64,000 nt of DNA. Origin: Babesia bigemina. Its lineage: Eukaryota. The notes under the pieces are model-generated. The model was not told where the DNA came from, ran no database searches, and was given only the letters and a program-made list of their open reading frames with translations. Of this stretch, positions 44,628 to 57,905 are shown piece by piece. The translations under genes were made by a program, and so were the position numbers. The first letter of the stretch is position 1; each line of letters starts with the position of its first letter. The stretch spans positions 2,976,001 through 3,040,000 of the forward strand of contig NC_027218.1 of assembly GCF_000981445.1 (NCBI RefSeq), written 5' to 3'.

Positions 44628-46061
44628 ATGTTCCTCTTTAGCAGCCGCGTAGTAGCGCCGTGCGCTAACACCTGCTGGCGGAGGGGCGCGGCGGTGGCCC
44701 TGCCGTGCATGCTGAGGCGGCAGTCCTCGGCTCGACCCGGCCATGCGCAGGGCCTCACCCACCACAGCGCCAGCACCGACGTTGACACCAGCGTCGCACT
44801 ACAGGCACAGACAGACACGACGGTAGCAGCGAGGCCACGCGGCAACGTGCCCTACTACGGAGCGAACGCGACTCGGCAGCCCGTGCCCCTCAGCGTACGT
44901 CGCACTCTTAATGCGCAATGCAATACACACACAGGCAACCACCGTCAGCTGGCACGCGCCGCAGCAGCCGGAGGACCCTAAGCTAGTTAGGGTGGCGCTG
45001 GTCGGCCTGCCCAACGCGGGCAAGAGCTCGCTGCTGAACGCGCTGCTCAGCAGCACCATCGCAGCGGTGTCGCCCAAGGTCAACACCACCAGGGAGGACA
45101 TCAAGGGCATCCTGTGCGCAGACAACTGCCAGATCATACTCATGGACTGCCCTGGGATACTGGAGTCGCACCGCAGGAGGCGGTTTTGCGCGCCACTCGT
45201 GGACACCGCGTGGCGGACCTACCGGGAGGCCGACGCATGCCTGCTGGTGCTCGACACCGTGAAGCGGCCGGACGCGGAGCTGTTTCGGATTGTACGGCTG
45301 CTCGCGGGGGCGGCGCCGTGCGATACCGGAGCTGTGTCTGAGGCTGGTGATGGCCACGTCGGCGACATGGATCACCGCCCAAGCTACCCTGAGGCGGCCG
45401 GGGCAGATGACGCCGACCCCGACGGCACGGAACTCTTCGATGAGGACGAACCAGCGGCGTTAGCTGGAGGGGAAATCGCAGCGGGCGGACACGAACCGTG
45501 CGAACGGAGGAAGCCGGTGGCGCTGGTGCTCAACAAGATCGACCTGGTGCAGCACAAGAAGTGGGTCAAGGCCAGGACGAGGGAAATGAAGAACCACGGC
45601 ACCTTCGACGACATATTCTACACCAGCGCAAAACACGGAATAGGCGTGGAACGCGTACTGCACTTCCTCAAGGCCGTGGCCAGGCCCGGACGGTGGGTGT
45701 ACCCGCCGGACATGCTCACCACCATGTCCAAGGTGCAGGTGGTCGAACAGCTGGTGCGGACCTACATCTACTGCTGGTTCAACAAGGAACTGCCGTACCA
45801 GGTCGGCCAGAAGGTCATCGGATGGACGCCTGCGGACAACGGGTCGCTGATCATAGAGATGGTGAGCCAGCACGACATGCCATCAACGGTGCGCAGGAGC
45901 TGTACGTCAGAAACGACAAGGCCGCTAAAATCATATGCGGGATCCAGGGGCGAATCGTCAAGCAGATGCAAAAAAATGTGTCACACAGGCTTAGTAAAAT
46001 GTGGCAGCAACCGGTCTTCCTCTACGCTCAGGTCAAGGTGAAGCCGGCGTTCCTGAATTAA
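44628..46061 (+). CDS. era: Era-family GTPase, organellar (N-terminal transit-like leader)
   Basis: GLPNAGKSSLLN, SPKVNTTR, DCPG, NKID, SAK and the KH-type ELPY...KIICGIQGRIVK. Inferred introns near 44896-44934 and 45863-45896. Confidence 0.88.
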
Positions 46062-46345
46062 GCCGCTGAGTTCGCGATGTAGTGGTCGATTTCAGGCCTG
46101 CGTTGCGTGATGTGTGCGTCACAGTGGATCAGACAACAGGTGGGCGGGGGCGAATGCGCAGCTCCGTTGCGAGGCTGCTGCCCTGACGTGCGGCGCCCAC
46201 ACCATGTGCTCATGTACGACAAACTGCCATATAACCTGCTCATTTAGTAGCGTATATGCTACGGTGTCGCGCCCGCGAATGGTTACGGTAACCACTCGCG
46301 TCCGCGCAGTCACGAACACAGCAATGCGAGTAGCGTGCATGTCGC

Positions 46346-47205
46346 CTACCATGTGAATGCCGCGTAGCGAAACTCCTCCTCGGGCACCTCGGAAACGAAA
46401 TCCACCTGCGGCCGCTGTGAGACTAACGACGGAGCACGCTACATACCAGCGCCAGGATGTACTTGGTCAACAAGTCCAGGGGCTGCGACTGCATCATGCC
46501 GCTGTTCCGCTGGTAGAAGTAGCTGCGACGATTCAGACGAGACACCCACAGCCGTACATACATGATCAGCATCTTCCGTAGCGTGGTGTCGTCTCCCTTC
46601 TGCGCGATTTCGTCCATGGACTCGTCCAGCGCCAGGCAGAACCCCAGGGTCTTGTGCTGCATCTCCTCCAGGTTGGCCCGAAACTGTAGCTCGTGGATCT
46701 GAACGACGAATCAGAGCTGCGGGCAACGCAGATACCCCTTGTGCACACAGTATGGTGCGCATGTGGGACCACAGGTAGTCCCATAGGAGCATCTTCTCCG
46801 TCTCGAGGCCCTGCACGGGGGTCGACACACGAGCCACCGACTGCTACCGCGCTGTGCATACGACGATGCAGGATCCAGATGTGCACTATCCCGAGCAGCA
46901 GCTTCGCCGTCTGGTCCGCAGGCTCGAAGCCGAAGGCTGGGAAGGCTGGATTCCACGCCGGGAACGCTCACCTCGGAGGTGACGCGGGCAGTCGCCGCGA
47001 CACAGCGCAAGCACGGCAAACGGGTGTATTTTCCTCACGGGGTCCATGAACACCCGGCTGCATGGATGCGGACACACCGGCCGGCTGGAACGAACCGCAG
47101 CTTGGAGAGCACGGAGTCGCGGCGCGACGGCAGCGGAAGCAGGTACCGCTCGACCGGCAGACGCGCAAAACACGCGGCAGAACGCCGCACAACGCCAATG
47201 AACAT
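46346..47205 (-). CDS. CBP3: Ubiquinol-cytochrome c reductase chaperone CBP3/UQCC1-like, multi-exon
   Basis: Spliced MFIGVVRR...RRVFMDPVRK...AFGFEPADQTAKLLLGIVHIWILHRRM...LWDYLW...GFCLALDES...LLTKYILAL|VDFVSEVPEEEFRYAAFTW*. The HIW and LDE motifs resemble the Cbp3 family. Confidence 0.7.
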
Positions 47206-47259
47206 CTAACAAAATATATCAAATGACATTTGTACAGACAACCAGATATGCCGATAGGC

Positions 47260-48880
47260 CTACATCTGGCACAGAGTGGTGATCATTGCCCTCTGCTCCT
47301 GAACCTGCAGCGCGCTGGGCAGCACGCGGTTCTGAATACACAACTGGAACAAGTGCAGGTACTTCTCTATTTCCTCAGACTGATTCGCCGTGATTATCAT
47401 CTGAAGGTGGTCGGATATTTTGTTGTAGCAATGAATATAGAGCTCCCCGGGCATGTGGTTGTTTTCGAGGATGCTCGGCAAGCAGTTGTTGCACAGGTCA
47501 GACAGAATGTAGTTCAGCGCCACCTTGGACACGTTGAGACGGTTGAAATCCTTCGTCTTCTTCGACGTGTCGGAGCCGCCGTAGTACTCCGTGCTTTTGT
47601 CCGCGCTGTTGTCAGCATCTGAAAGCAATCACAGGAGGCACCCTAGTAACGCACCGTAGGTAGGGCGGGGGTTGGCCGACGCCTCTTTGTGCGCGTAATG
47701 CGGCCGGTCGTATGATTTGCCCTGCAGGCTCTTGCCCGCCGTCTTGCGGCAGTCGATGGCCAGCATACGGGCCTCCTCGAAGCCGAAACGACCTACGGAA
47801 AAGTACCGATCCATTCTCTTGCGATTTTGATACCACGTCGCAACCCAGTATTGGTGGTTGGCATCGTAGCGAACGCCCATCACCTTGGGCAGTAACTTGG
47901 CGCGACGCACCAGCTCATTGGCCTCATCCTTGTTCTTGCGACCCTTCGAGATCGCGCGTCGAGGAGGCTCGCCCGACATGGCGCCGCCGTCCATTTTTAG
48001 GGACATGCCATGGGGCGGCATAATATCGTGCTGTGCCATGTCCAGCAGTTTGGAGTGCAGCGAGCCTGAATGCGCCGTGCCAACTCACACCCGGTAACGT
48101 ACCATCAGCGGATTGCATGGAATTCTCGCTGACAACGCTGCCAAACGAGCCCACTAAAGTGCTGGTCATGTCGAATCCCTGGTTTCCGAAAGCCTGAAGA
48201 GCATCAACAACTATCCCACGCATACAGTACGCCTAAAGAACTAAAAAACGACATCGCCGCGACTGGAGCTGCGTCCAAACGATACACATTAACGAAACGC
48301 AAAGGTAGACGGCTGCTGGAGGTGGATTCCACAGCCCATACGACCGTGGACACCAGCACGGGAGCAGGCCGTGGAAGGCCGTCTTCGATAAGAATCCCGA
48401 CATACCCCGACAACACAACAGGAATAAGACACACCACATAAAATACACAACGGGACGTACAGCATCGATGAAGAGACGTCACTACATCCGGAAGGCCGCG
48501 TGACGGCGGCCACCGACGCGTAAACGTACCATGTGTGACTCGTGCGGCACCTCGCCGCTGAAGTGGAGGCCTTCCTGGGACAAACCCATGTACCCCGAGC
48601 TGTTCCAGCCCTGGTCTGTATAACTGCCGTCGGAAGGCTGGTAAGCGGCCCCGCCGTTGTCGTACAGCTGCTGTCCGTTGGCATCCGGCATTCCGTACTC
48701 CACGGACTCGGTTGCCTCGAGGTGCTCCATGCGATTAGTTTTTTCACCTGAGCCGGGAATATCTTGCACCTCGCCGGTGTAACCGTAGTTCTCGCCGCCC
48801 TGCACCAGCGACGTGGAAGTAACATCCACCGCGGAGTCGGCCGACGCGTAAGGTCTCTCGACCTGAGCAGAATCAGCCAT
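47260..48880 (-). CDS. ApiAP2 transcription factor with one AP2 domain and a C-terminal ACDC domain
   Basis: AP2 domain [54 protein letters not shown]-like [11 protein letters not shown]...HLQMI...[23 protein letters not shown]. Four exons inferred. Confidence 0.9.
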
Positions 48881-49710
48881 TTTCACAATCAGCCAAATCG
48901 GGAAGCCTAGCGACCCGCGCTAAAAAAACGATCCGGCCTTCCAAGCTGCAGGAGCGTCTACGCAGGAGTACACGAAGCCTTCGGCCGCGCCTGATAACGT
49001 TGGGTGACAGGCAATGCGCAGTTGGGCGAACGACACTCGCTCAGTCGAATCAAACTCTCCGACAAAAAAAATAATATCCGGGCGAAATTTTTTGCCTCAA
49101 GTAACAATCTGCTGGGCTCGCGTCCCCAAGAAGGATTCCACTCTAAACACCTGTGAGTCGTCAGGTGGATCCCTAGCTCGCGCACCAACTAGCGCGAGAA
49201 ATTTAAGCGCGGCAAGCCGTTAGACACGAAACAGCTCAAGGCGACTGTGACACAGCGTTTAGACCCGGCCGCGCTGCCACAACAAAATACCCACGAGCAC
49301 GCGCTAGCAACAGCCCTGTTCGGCAAATTATTTTGTCCGACGCGTTTCGAGTTTATTGGAAGGCAGCACTGCGCAAAAAGTGGCCGTATCCACGCGAATG
49401 GTCCGCGGTCGCTCGACGCCAATCGCAACCCCATACTATATACTTTTCGCCCCACCGCGGCAAAAATTACAGCGGTCCCAGCGGTTATGACAGCAAGACA
49501 CGGCAGCGCGGATCACGCGTCACGCCTCTGATGCCGGCTAGGCAAACGTGTCAGCTGGGCGGTGGAAGACAACCGGCCGAAAGCGGCCGTCGCGACAACG
49601 GCTGCCTGCGGAATCCTCCGCGCAGCGCAACCGCCCCGCGAAAGATGCATTTCCACACCAATTTTTTACTCATTTAATAATTGATTCCCGATCTCCAGCT
49701 CCTCGGCAGC

Positions 49711-51560
49711 TCAAAGGGGCGACGACCGCGCGGCGCCGCTGTACTGGATCGCGACAGGCAGCGCGGACTGCCGCAGCGCCGGCGCCACGCACGCGTAGTC
49801 GCGGTCCATGGCGTCCACCACCTGATCCCGCGTATCCGAATCTAGGAAAAGCACGTGCGACAGCAGCGTGCTCGACGTGATCCCGCCAGAGTTGGCCTCG
49901 AGGTCCCGCACCGCTCCCGGGCCGAACCGGCCCATGAGCGTGTTAGACATGCAGTTGCGCACGCCCAACGCGTCCAGGTGACGGAAGTCGACGTCGTGGA
50001 ACCACGGGTGCGATAGCGCCTCCAGCGCGCTGAGACGCTTGTGCGGGTTGTACTCCAGCAGCGACAGCAGGAGGTCCAGGCCCAAGTCGTCCATGCGACC
50101 CTGGAGCACCGTGCGCAGGCGCTCCTTCCTGTCGGTGACCTGCATCCTGTAGAGGCTGCCCTTGAAGGGGTAGTGCTCCGACCGCGAGCAGTTGCGCCAC
50201 TCCTCCTCGGTGGGCCGGCCCAGCGTGGTCACGATGCGGGTCAGCACCTGGAAGTCCGAGTTGCCGTGGAACAGGGGCTGCCCGGTCGCCAGCTCGGCGA
50301 TGATGCACGCGGCGCTCCAGTTGTCCGCGTTGATCCCGTAGTTGTGCCGCTAGGGCAGGTTAGACACGGCGATCGGCAAAACTCACGTGGCTCTGGGAGG
50401 GGCGCAGGAAGTTCTCGCTCTCGGGGGGGATCACCATCGGGCCCAGAATGACCTCGATGGGACGGTAGAACAGGGTGCACGCCGTGGGGGTGATGGTCCC
50501 GTCGAGGTTACGCATCTCGCGGCCCATGCCCCAGTCGCCGATCTTCAGCACCGTCAGCCGGTCGCTGGTTGCGAGCATGATGTTGTTCGGCTTCAAATCA
50601 CGGTGCTGGATCTGAGAGCGCGATTACACCAAATTTCAACGAGCAGCAGCATACCTTGGACGTGTGGAGGTACGCCAGGCCGTTCAGCAGCTGGAACGCG
50701 TACCACTTCACCTCGGACAGCGTGTAGCCGCCCAGGCCCTTGTCGTAGGCGCGCCAGATGGCCCTTCCCAGGTCGCCACCTGCACGCAATGAAAGCTCCG
50801 CGGCGACACCGGACCCACCTTCGCAATACTCGTACAGAGCCAGCATGAACACCTGGGAGTTCTTGAACGGGTAGAAGTGCAGGTCCTTCCTGCGCGACAG
50901 GTCGCTGCCGGACGACTTCAGCATGTCGCCCAGCTGGGTGTTCAGGGTGGCCGCGATGCCGGGATGAGCGCCTGCAGCCGCAGTGACGAAATGAGCCGGG
51001 ATGACGTACCGACATAGACGTCGACCAGCTTCAGAATATTGGGGTGGTCGTTGCAACTCTGCAGCAAGTGACCCAAATGAATACGGCCCACGCACCTTCA
51101 TTATGCTGAGCTCGCGCAGAGTGCCAGAGCTGAAGCCCTCGTTCATTATGTGCACGATGTCTTCCTTGAAGTACTTGATGGCGTAGTCAGGGACATGCGG
51201 CTCGGGGGACCCCTCCTCCCGGGCAGTCTCCGGAGGGTTGCTGAAGGTGCCCACGAGCCCGCTGCCGTCGTCCTTGCCGCTGCCGGCCGCGTCACCGCCT
51301 GCAGACGCGGCGGCGGAGTCGGAGGTGGGCGAGCAGCCTCCGACGTGCCGCTTCTTACACTGGTAACCCGCATCGTTGCTCGAAGGGGTCGCATCACTAC
51401 ATTCATCCAACCTATAGCCTCGGAACACGTCCCCGTATGCGCCACAGCCCAGTTTCTCGCCGATGCGCACGTACGCGCCGATGCCGGGGAAGCGAACACA
51501 CGCACCGGACAGATCGCACTTGAAATCCGAATAGCGGAAGTTAGTGCGATTGGCGGCCAT
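49711..51560 (-). CDS. Cyclin-dependent-kinase-related (cdc2-like, CMGC) kinase, multi-exon
   Basis: EKLGCGAYGDVF, YAIK, EGFSSGTLRELS (PSTAIRE-equivalent), HRDLKPNNIM, IGDWGMGRE, TACTLFYRPIE and DLLLSLLEYNPHKRLSALEALSHPWF. Confidence 0.88.
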
Positions 51561-51970
51561 TGTGGACGGGTAAATGGGGACAAAAACTACACGCTGCAGC
51601 GGTATAAAACGATTCTGGCCACGGCTGCCCTGATGTGTAAGACAACATCGCCACCCCCCACCGCTCCAGACAACGTCAGCAAAGTGGGCGGTGTGCTCAC
51701 ACACTCCCCAACAAAGCACACATGGGCAAACGCCGCCGCGTGCTCAGCCGGCGGACGGCTCGCAATAACCGTACGCACGCGCCGCGCTGCCAAAAATTGC
51801 ACTTTCCCTCCCCCGGTACACGCCAAGTTACCACACGCAGAAGAGAGGTCTAGCGCACACCAACGACACATACACAACGGCAGACATTTATCACGTGTTA
51901 TACTGAGTCTGATACGAGGCGAGAATGGGCGACCGGGAGGTCACTCCCGCAACCGAGTGACGGGCCGTGT

Positions 51971-52669
51971 CTACTCGCCACCCTCGCAGTGGAGCATATC
52001 TGGGATCCCTGAACGCGGTCGACAAGCTTCGCTGCTCGCTTACCGTTGTTTATGTCGTAGACCCGCTCGCATTTGGGGCAGGTGAGCGTGCCCTTGAGGA
52101 CGTGTGTCTGCACGCCGTTAGACACCACCGAATATACGTGAGATGCGCGATGTGTAAACAACCGCCGACACGGCGACGACCGAGCAAATCGCTGTGACAC
52201 GTGGACGTGGCCGGATCCACGTTTCGTGGTCCTTAGCACGAAGTATGACACGAAGTGTTGCCCACCTCCAGGATGCAGCGGTGTACCAGTGCGATGAACT
52301 CCTCAGACTCCAGGTCGGCGTCGCTGTAGCTCTCCGGCAGGTTCGTGCCGAGCTGCGAGTTCAGTTAGACCGGTGCGCAGCGGCTCAGCGGTGGCGAGAG
52401 TGGCCTGAAACCTACCGAACGTGCGGCCTCCACCAGGACGCCGTAATCCATGCGCTGCAGCATCTTCCTGATGAACTCGGGGTTCAGCTCCTGCGGCTCC
52501 ACCTTCGTGGAGCCATCTTCCATCGAGGCGCACACCCGCAGGGGATAGCCTCCGCTGCAGCGGGGCCTGTTGCTGCACGGCGTGTTACGGGACAGGCACG
52601 CGGAAGGCGGCGCGCGCAGACCGCTCCGTCCACTCACCACATCAACAGGTTGTGCGTTATCAGACGCAT
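51971..52669 (-). CDS. TRM112: Methyltransferase activator Trm112, multi-exon
   Basis: Spliced MRLITHNLLM|CNRPRCSGGYPL...NPEFIRKMLQRMDY...VHRCILE|THVLKGTLTCPKCERVYDINN|GIPDML. Confidence 0.9.
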
Positions 52670-52821
52670 CGTGAAAACTGGGCGCGCCCAAAAGGCAGAA
52701 GGAAAGGGAAATCAAACGAAACGCGCGCGATGGCGCCACGACACTTTAAAACCCAATATAGCGATTATTTTAGTGTAACATGCCCGTCTGGCAACTTATT
52801 TCGGCGAACGGGGCTTTATCT

Positions 52822-54628
52822 TCAGCGCTTGTTGTCCATTTTCGACGACAGCGATGTCTTGAAGGAGCACGGGCGCTTGGAGTAGTCCTGCAGCAGCCTT
52901 AGGCGCCACGACACACAAACGCACCTTCCCAACTGCCAGCGCGCGCTCGCTCTCACGCCGCTTGAACTCGCGTAGCAACGCCTCCTTCGACTTGGTAGAG
53001 CCGGGAGAACCGTCACGGGCGCGGTGACGGTCGACGTGGCCGGGCTTCCGGCCGCTACCATCGGCCTCGGGCGATTCCGACTCCCTTCCACGTTTAGAGC
53101 CGGATTTTCCGGTCTTGCCTAGCGATACGTATCCTATGTCGACGGTTTGCTCCTCTCCGCTGGTCAGCGACACGGTCACCGTAGGGTAATCGTCGGAGAC
53201 CGACTGGATGGTACACTCCACCCAGTCACCACTGCAAGTCAATTGAAGGCATGGATCACGCGGGCGTGCAACAGTAACACACGAAACGCTTGATGATGAA
53301 ATTGAAGACAAACACGATAACACCACCTTGCCAAACCACGGTAATATACCTGATGAACGCCGAAGCCGATTTTCCAGGGGCGAAGTCGTCGATGGACTCC
53401 AGGTTCCTGACGCGCCGACGCCGGTGTTCGGCCATGCTGTACAAGTGCGGGCCGTGGCGGTTCTTGAAACGCATGGGCAAACGCGGGAGCACTGAGGGGC
53501 GCTTCAAGTCACCAGGTGGCGGAACGAACCTGTGTTGAAGTATTTGTCGTCCACCAGCAGACGCTCGCAAAATTCGCCGATCGTCGTTTTGCGGGTTGGG
53601 TGCGCACTCACAACAAACGATTCGTCATCCATTAGGTACGGCTCGAACCAGTCCCACAGCTGCGGTGGCCATGACATGACGGCGCCGTTGAGGGAGCGTA
53701 CCTGGTCGGAGGGAAGGACGAACCGCAGGTACAAAAACCCGCAGCAACGCGGATAGGGCGATTTGGGGCAGTCAACGAGAGCTGTCATCTGGCGTTCAGT
53801 GAGCCTCAACGTAAAAAGCTTGTGGAGGCAGCAGAACAGGGTAGACGGCGCACGGGTCGCAGTGCTGCAGTACGGCTCCGCATGGTCGGCGTACTGAATC
53901 AACTCGTTCATCACGTCGACGTAGGAATTAATCGCCCTGCCACTGTGATGTGACTGCAGAAAGTCGACCTACGATAGCGACTTGTAGTACTCCGAGTTCA
54001 GAATGTTGCTCAAAAGCAGTGTGTTCAAGTTGTACGTGCTCGAATTGGTCATCGGCAGCTGGTTGGGCTTATCCACGGGCTGCTGGCTGCTCTGCTGAGC
54101 GGCCAAGCGGCTCATCTCGTGAACGGCGGACTTGTACTTGCGGCAGAACTTGCAATTCAGATCTGGCTTCGCTGAAAATGGCATTAGGCGCTGTAGTGGC
54201 GTGACCTACTGTGCATGTGGCAGCGCTGAACGCTCTCGAGCTTGTCCTCAGCAGACGGTTGGACCATAGCGGACGACACAGCTGCTGTAGTTGGCGGCAT
54301 TGAGGCGGTGGAGGGCACAGCCATGGGCGCCAACGGCGCTGCCACGGGAGGTGTAGGCGGTACCGTGGCCGCGGCCGGCCCATTTCCATAGTTCACGCCG
54401 TAGTCTACGCAACACCATTAGCCATACACGGATCTAACTATTACCGTATGCAGCGTAACCGTTGTAGCCGTAATAGGCGCCGTACGCAGGCACAGTCGCA
54501 GAGGCGGGGTAGCCGGGCACCGGAACTGGCGGATTCCCCGGTGGAATATGGGTGGCAGATTCCAACGAAGACGCATTGGGCGCGCCATGCCCTCTCGCTG
54601 GGTCGGATTCGTTGTTTTGGCCATACAT
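52822..54628 (-). CDS. PRP38: PRP38-family pre-mRNA splicing factor (PRP38B-like) with extra domains, multi-exon
   Basis: TYNLNTLLLSNILNSEYYK, HAEPY..PSTLFCCLHKLFTLRLT..Q..SPYPRCCGFLYLRF and LWDWFEPYLMD. Confidence 0.85.
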
Positions 54629-55470
54629 CGCGCCAACGAGAAAGGGCGCGGCAACCGATTTGTATATTCACGCCGGCCGACGCGACGTTTGAAATCACGC
54701 CCAAATAGGCAACAAAATTGCCTGCAAAAGCAGCAACAGGCTGCACGAATTTGGTGAGGGATAGGGAGGGCAATAGCCCAAGGCAACCGCGAGAAAGCAG
54801 CTGTTGCCAGAGTCAATAAATGTTATTAACGGTTATATGCGTAACGGTTTTATATATATGTGTCTGTCGCGTGCGCTTCTACACAAATACGGGCAGGAAG
54901 ATTATTTGACACACTACCTCTCTGCGTTAGGATTCCTGCATCGCGCTCGTCGCTTGCTTAAAAAGTGAATGCTTAAGGTGCATAATATGGTTTCCACAAG
55001 CCAGGAATGACCTAGCAAGTCGTCTCTGTCGCTGTACTGCGAGTATATGACTACAATGCGGAGAAACGACTGTAGAGGCACTGGCGTCTTCCACAACCAG
55101 CAAACACATCGCCCCCAAAGGGTGGCGCCGAGTCGACACAATTATTTAAATCAGGTGTAAGCGTATCTGCGACTCGCCTGTGTCCCTGTCCATGTGCGCA
55201 CCGGATGATCACCGTAGACACCAACACGCCATCCCGCAATATCCTGACTACGGTGGCATACACACACCCTGCATAATCATAACTGATAAGGGGTGATTTG
55301 CATATAAATCCTGAATACAGGAGCCGGCGCGTATGTCTACCGCTCCACATACGCGATCGCAGATCACGGATCTTTGAAGGAGACTGGAGCCTACACAGCC
55401 GTGCTTACTCGGCATATTTATACTGTAGACAAGTAGCATATGTGGCTATCGTAAAAACTAAACGGTCAGA

Positions 55471-56354
55471 ATGGTTGGCGACACGTCAGAGGCCGCCCAA
55501 AACCTTCCGGATCCGCAGCTGGATCTCGCAGCTGGGAAAGCCAATCTCAGCAACCTCGACTTCAATGCTCAGGTGCAACTGATTCTCCAGCAGAATGCCG
55601 CAATCAACGCCGACATCCGGGAGCGCGACCAGATCAGGCACGATAAGACGGCCCACCCCTTGGCGCAAATCAAACTGACGGCGCGGATCGACGCCAGAGT
55701 GGAGCAGGTCAGGGTCGACCTCGACATCCTCCACAACATCTACGAGCGCATCACCTCCAGCAGACGACATCGCAAAAAGTACACGGACGAGGAGTTGGAC
55801 AATTTCGAAGACACAATCCAGAACCTCGAGGAGCAATGCAGCACCTACGACAGCAGCAGGTACAGGCGCACCACGACCGTGAAGCGGCGCATCAACATGG
55901 ACTTCACGCCCCCCTCTGACTCCGAGCCAAGTAAGTGGGCTGCACCCTCAACCGCATGCGTGCGCAGTGACGGAGGAGGAACAGCTGAAGGCAATGGCGT
56001 CGATCCAGCGCTGGCGCACACGTGACGAGCAGTTCGACCAGCAGCTGCAGGAAATCGGAGAGGCCGTGGAACGCATAGGTAGGGACCATCCGCGCAAGCG
56101 ATCAACTGGGTGCAGGCGAGGTGGCCGTTGTCATCGGCGAGCGGGCCAACGAGCAGGTGATGAAAGCCGTCGCCACCATGGAGCACGTGGAGGACGCAAC
56201 CGAAGACGTCACGTCCGTATCGCAGCAGATCAAAAGCGTGCTCAGGAAACAGAAGACCGTGGAGTGTTCGATACGCGCCGCCCTCATTGCCAGCTTCGTG
56301 GTGGTGGCGTGCCTGTTCGTATACTCACTGATCAGATTCCTGAAGAACAGGTAA
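55471..56354 (+). CDS. Tail-anchored Q-SNARE (syntaxin-like, SYP7-type), multi-exon
   Basis: Helical N-terminus, SNARE heptad (RDEQFDQQLQEIGEAVERI|GEVAVVIGERANEQ...) and a C-terminal TM (AALIASFVVVACLFVYSLI). Confidence 0.8.
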
Positions 56355-56633
56355 TCGGCAATTAAGTTGATGTCGTCGGTAATATGCCGTATTGTAGCCG
56401 CACTGCGCGCTTGCGAACGCGTGCGCATGGCTGAGCTCCACTGTAGGCAGGGCACGGGCACCGTCGTGGACTGGGAGACACGACGGTGCCCCGTGGGTGC
56501 AGTGTGATTGTCGCGCCTCACGTAAACCGCACGTGAGGCTCTGGTGAAAAACTACTGTCAATAATTCACGCCAACGGGGTACGCAATGGCGCGACATTTA
56601 AGTGCACGTGTTGAGAGTGTTGTTACGATAAGG

Positions 56634-57715
56634 TCATGTGGCCTTCTTCTTCTTGACGCGGTACTGCCCGATGACCACTGCGTGGTCGCGGTGGTAGGGT
56701 TCCAGCGTGAGCTGCTCACGGGGCTTGCAGTTCTCCTTGCGCAGCTTGTCGACCTCCGCGGCAAACACGGCCTCAGGCTTCGCGGTCGAGTCCACGCAGT
56801 TCGCCTTGATGGCAATGATGAACCACCCTCCGGGCTTCAGAAAGTGGTACGCGTTGATCGCGACGATGCGCGCCTGGTCAGGCTGAGCGACGTCAGCAAA
56901 CACGACGTCGACCATGCCGACAAGCATGCGGTAACGCAGCGGCTGGCGCGCGTCCTCCACTATCGGCACGATGTTGGGGCGCCGCTTGGCCTGAAAAACG
57001 CTCAGATGAACAAAATGGCCACATACCATGTTGGTCAGGTCGCGAGCCGAACGATGGGAAAACTCCACGGCATACACCATGCCGGTAGGGCCGACCATGT
57101 CGGAAACGTGAGACACCGTAGTGCCGTTAGCGGCGCCTGGGAGATAATCAGGCAAAAATTAGGCAGGGAACCCACCGAGGTAGAGCACCTTGGATCCAAT
57201 CTCAATAGGCATGTTGGCCACACCGCCGATAATGGTGGCGCCCAGCTTGGACCTGAAGGGGTTCCACACCCTGTACTCGGTCGGTTCGGATTCCTCGTTC
57301 TGCACCCGCGATGCGCGATAGAGGAGCCTGTCAACCCACCATCGTCTGGATGCGCTTCTCGCCGTAGATGGACTCCCCGGGGACCATGTTGCGCGTGACC
57401 AAGGCGTCGGCCTTCCCCTTGGCGATGTAGACGCCAGAGAAACGGTGCGGCACCACCATCACCTTGTTCGCGGAGCCCCCTCCCGGGCCGCGCTTACCGC
57501 CCGGGCCGCCGCCGCGGCCACCCTTGAACCCGCGGCCTGCAGCGCGCTGTCAAACGCAGACATAAATTAACTCACCGCGCATCGGCTTGCCAGAAGGGCG
57601 GCCTCCGCCACCCCTGGCGGGCTTGAAGCCTCGTTTACCTGAACACGGTTAGAATCGGCAAGGACGGGGAAAGGCGCCGGAGGCCAAGAGGAATACACCA
57701 TGACACACCTAACAT
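56634..57715 (-). CDS. NOP1: Fibrillarin (rRNA 2'-O-methyltransferase), multi-exon
   Basis: GAR N-terminus, [59 protein letters not shown] and LEPYHRDHA. Confidence 0.95.
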
Positions 57716-57905
57716 AGTCGGTGAGGAAGCAATTTGGAAGATAGCGGAAAAGCCGTGGACTTTTGCCAATACGCCGCGAATCCCAGCGCCGTCGCTGTGG
57801 TGCTCGCGCGCCGCAAAGGGGGAGCGTGAACCGGTCTAAACGCAAACTTTTTACACAACCATGTTTCGGATGTAAATTAGATGAGTGCGCCCGTGCCTGA
57901 GGGCA

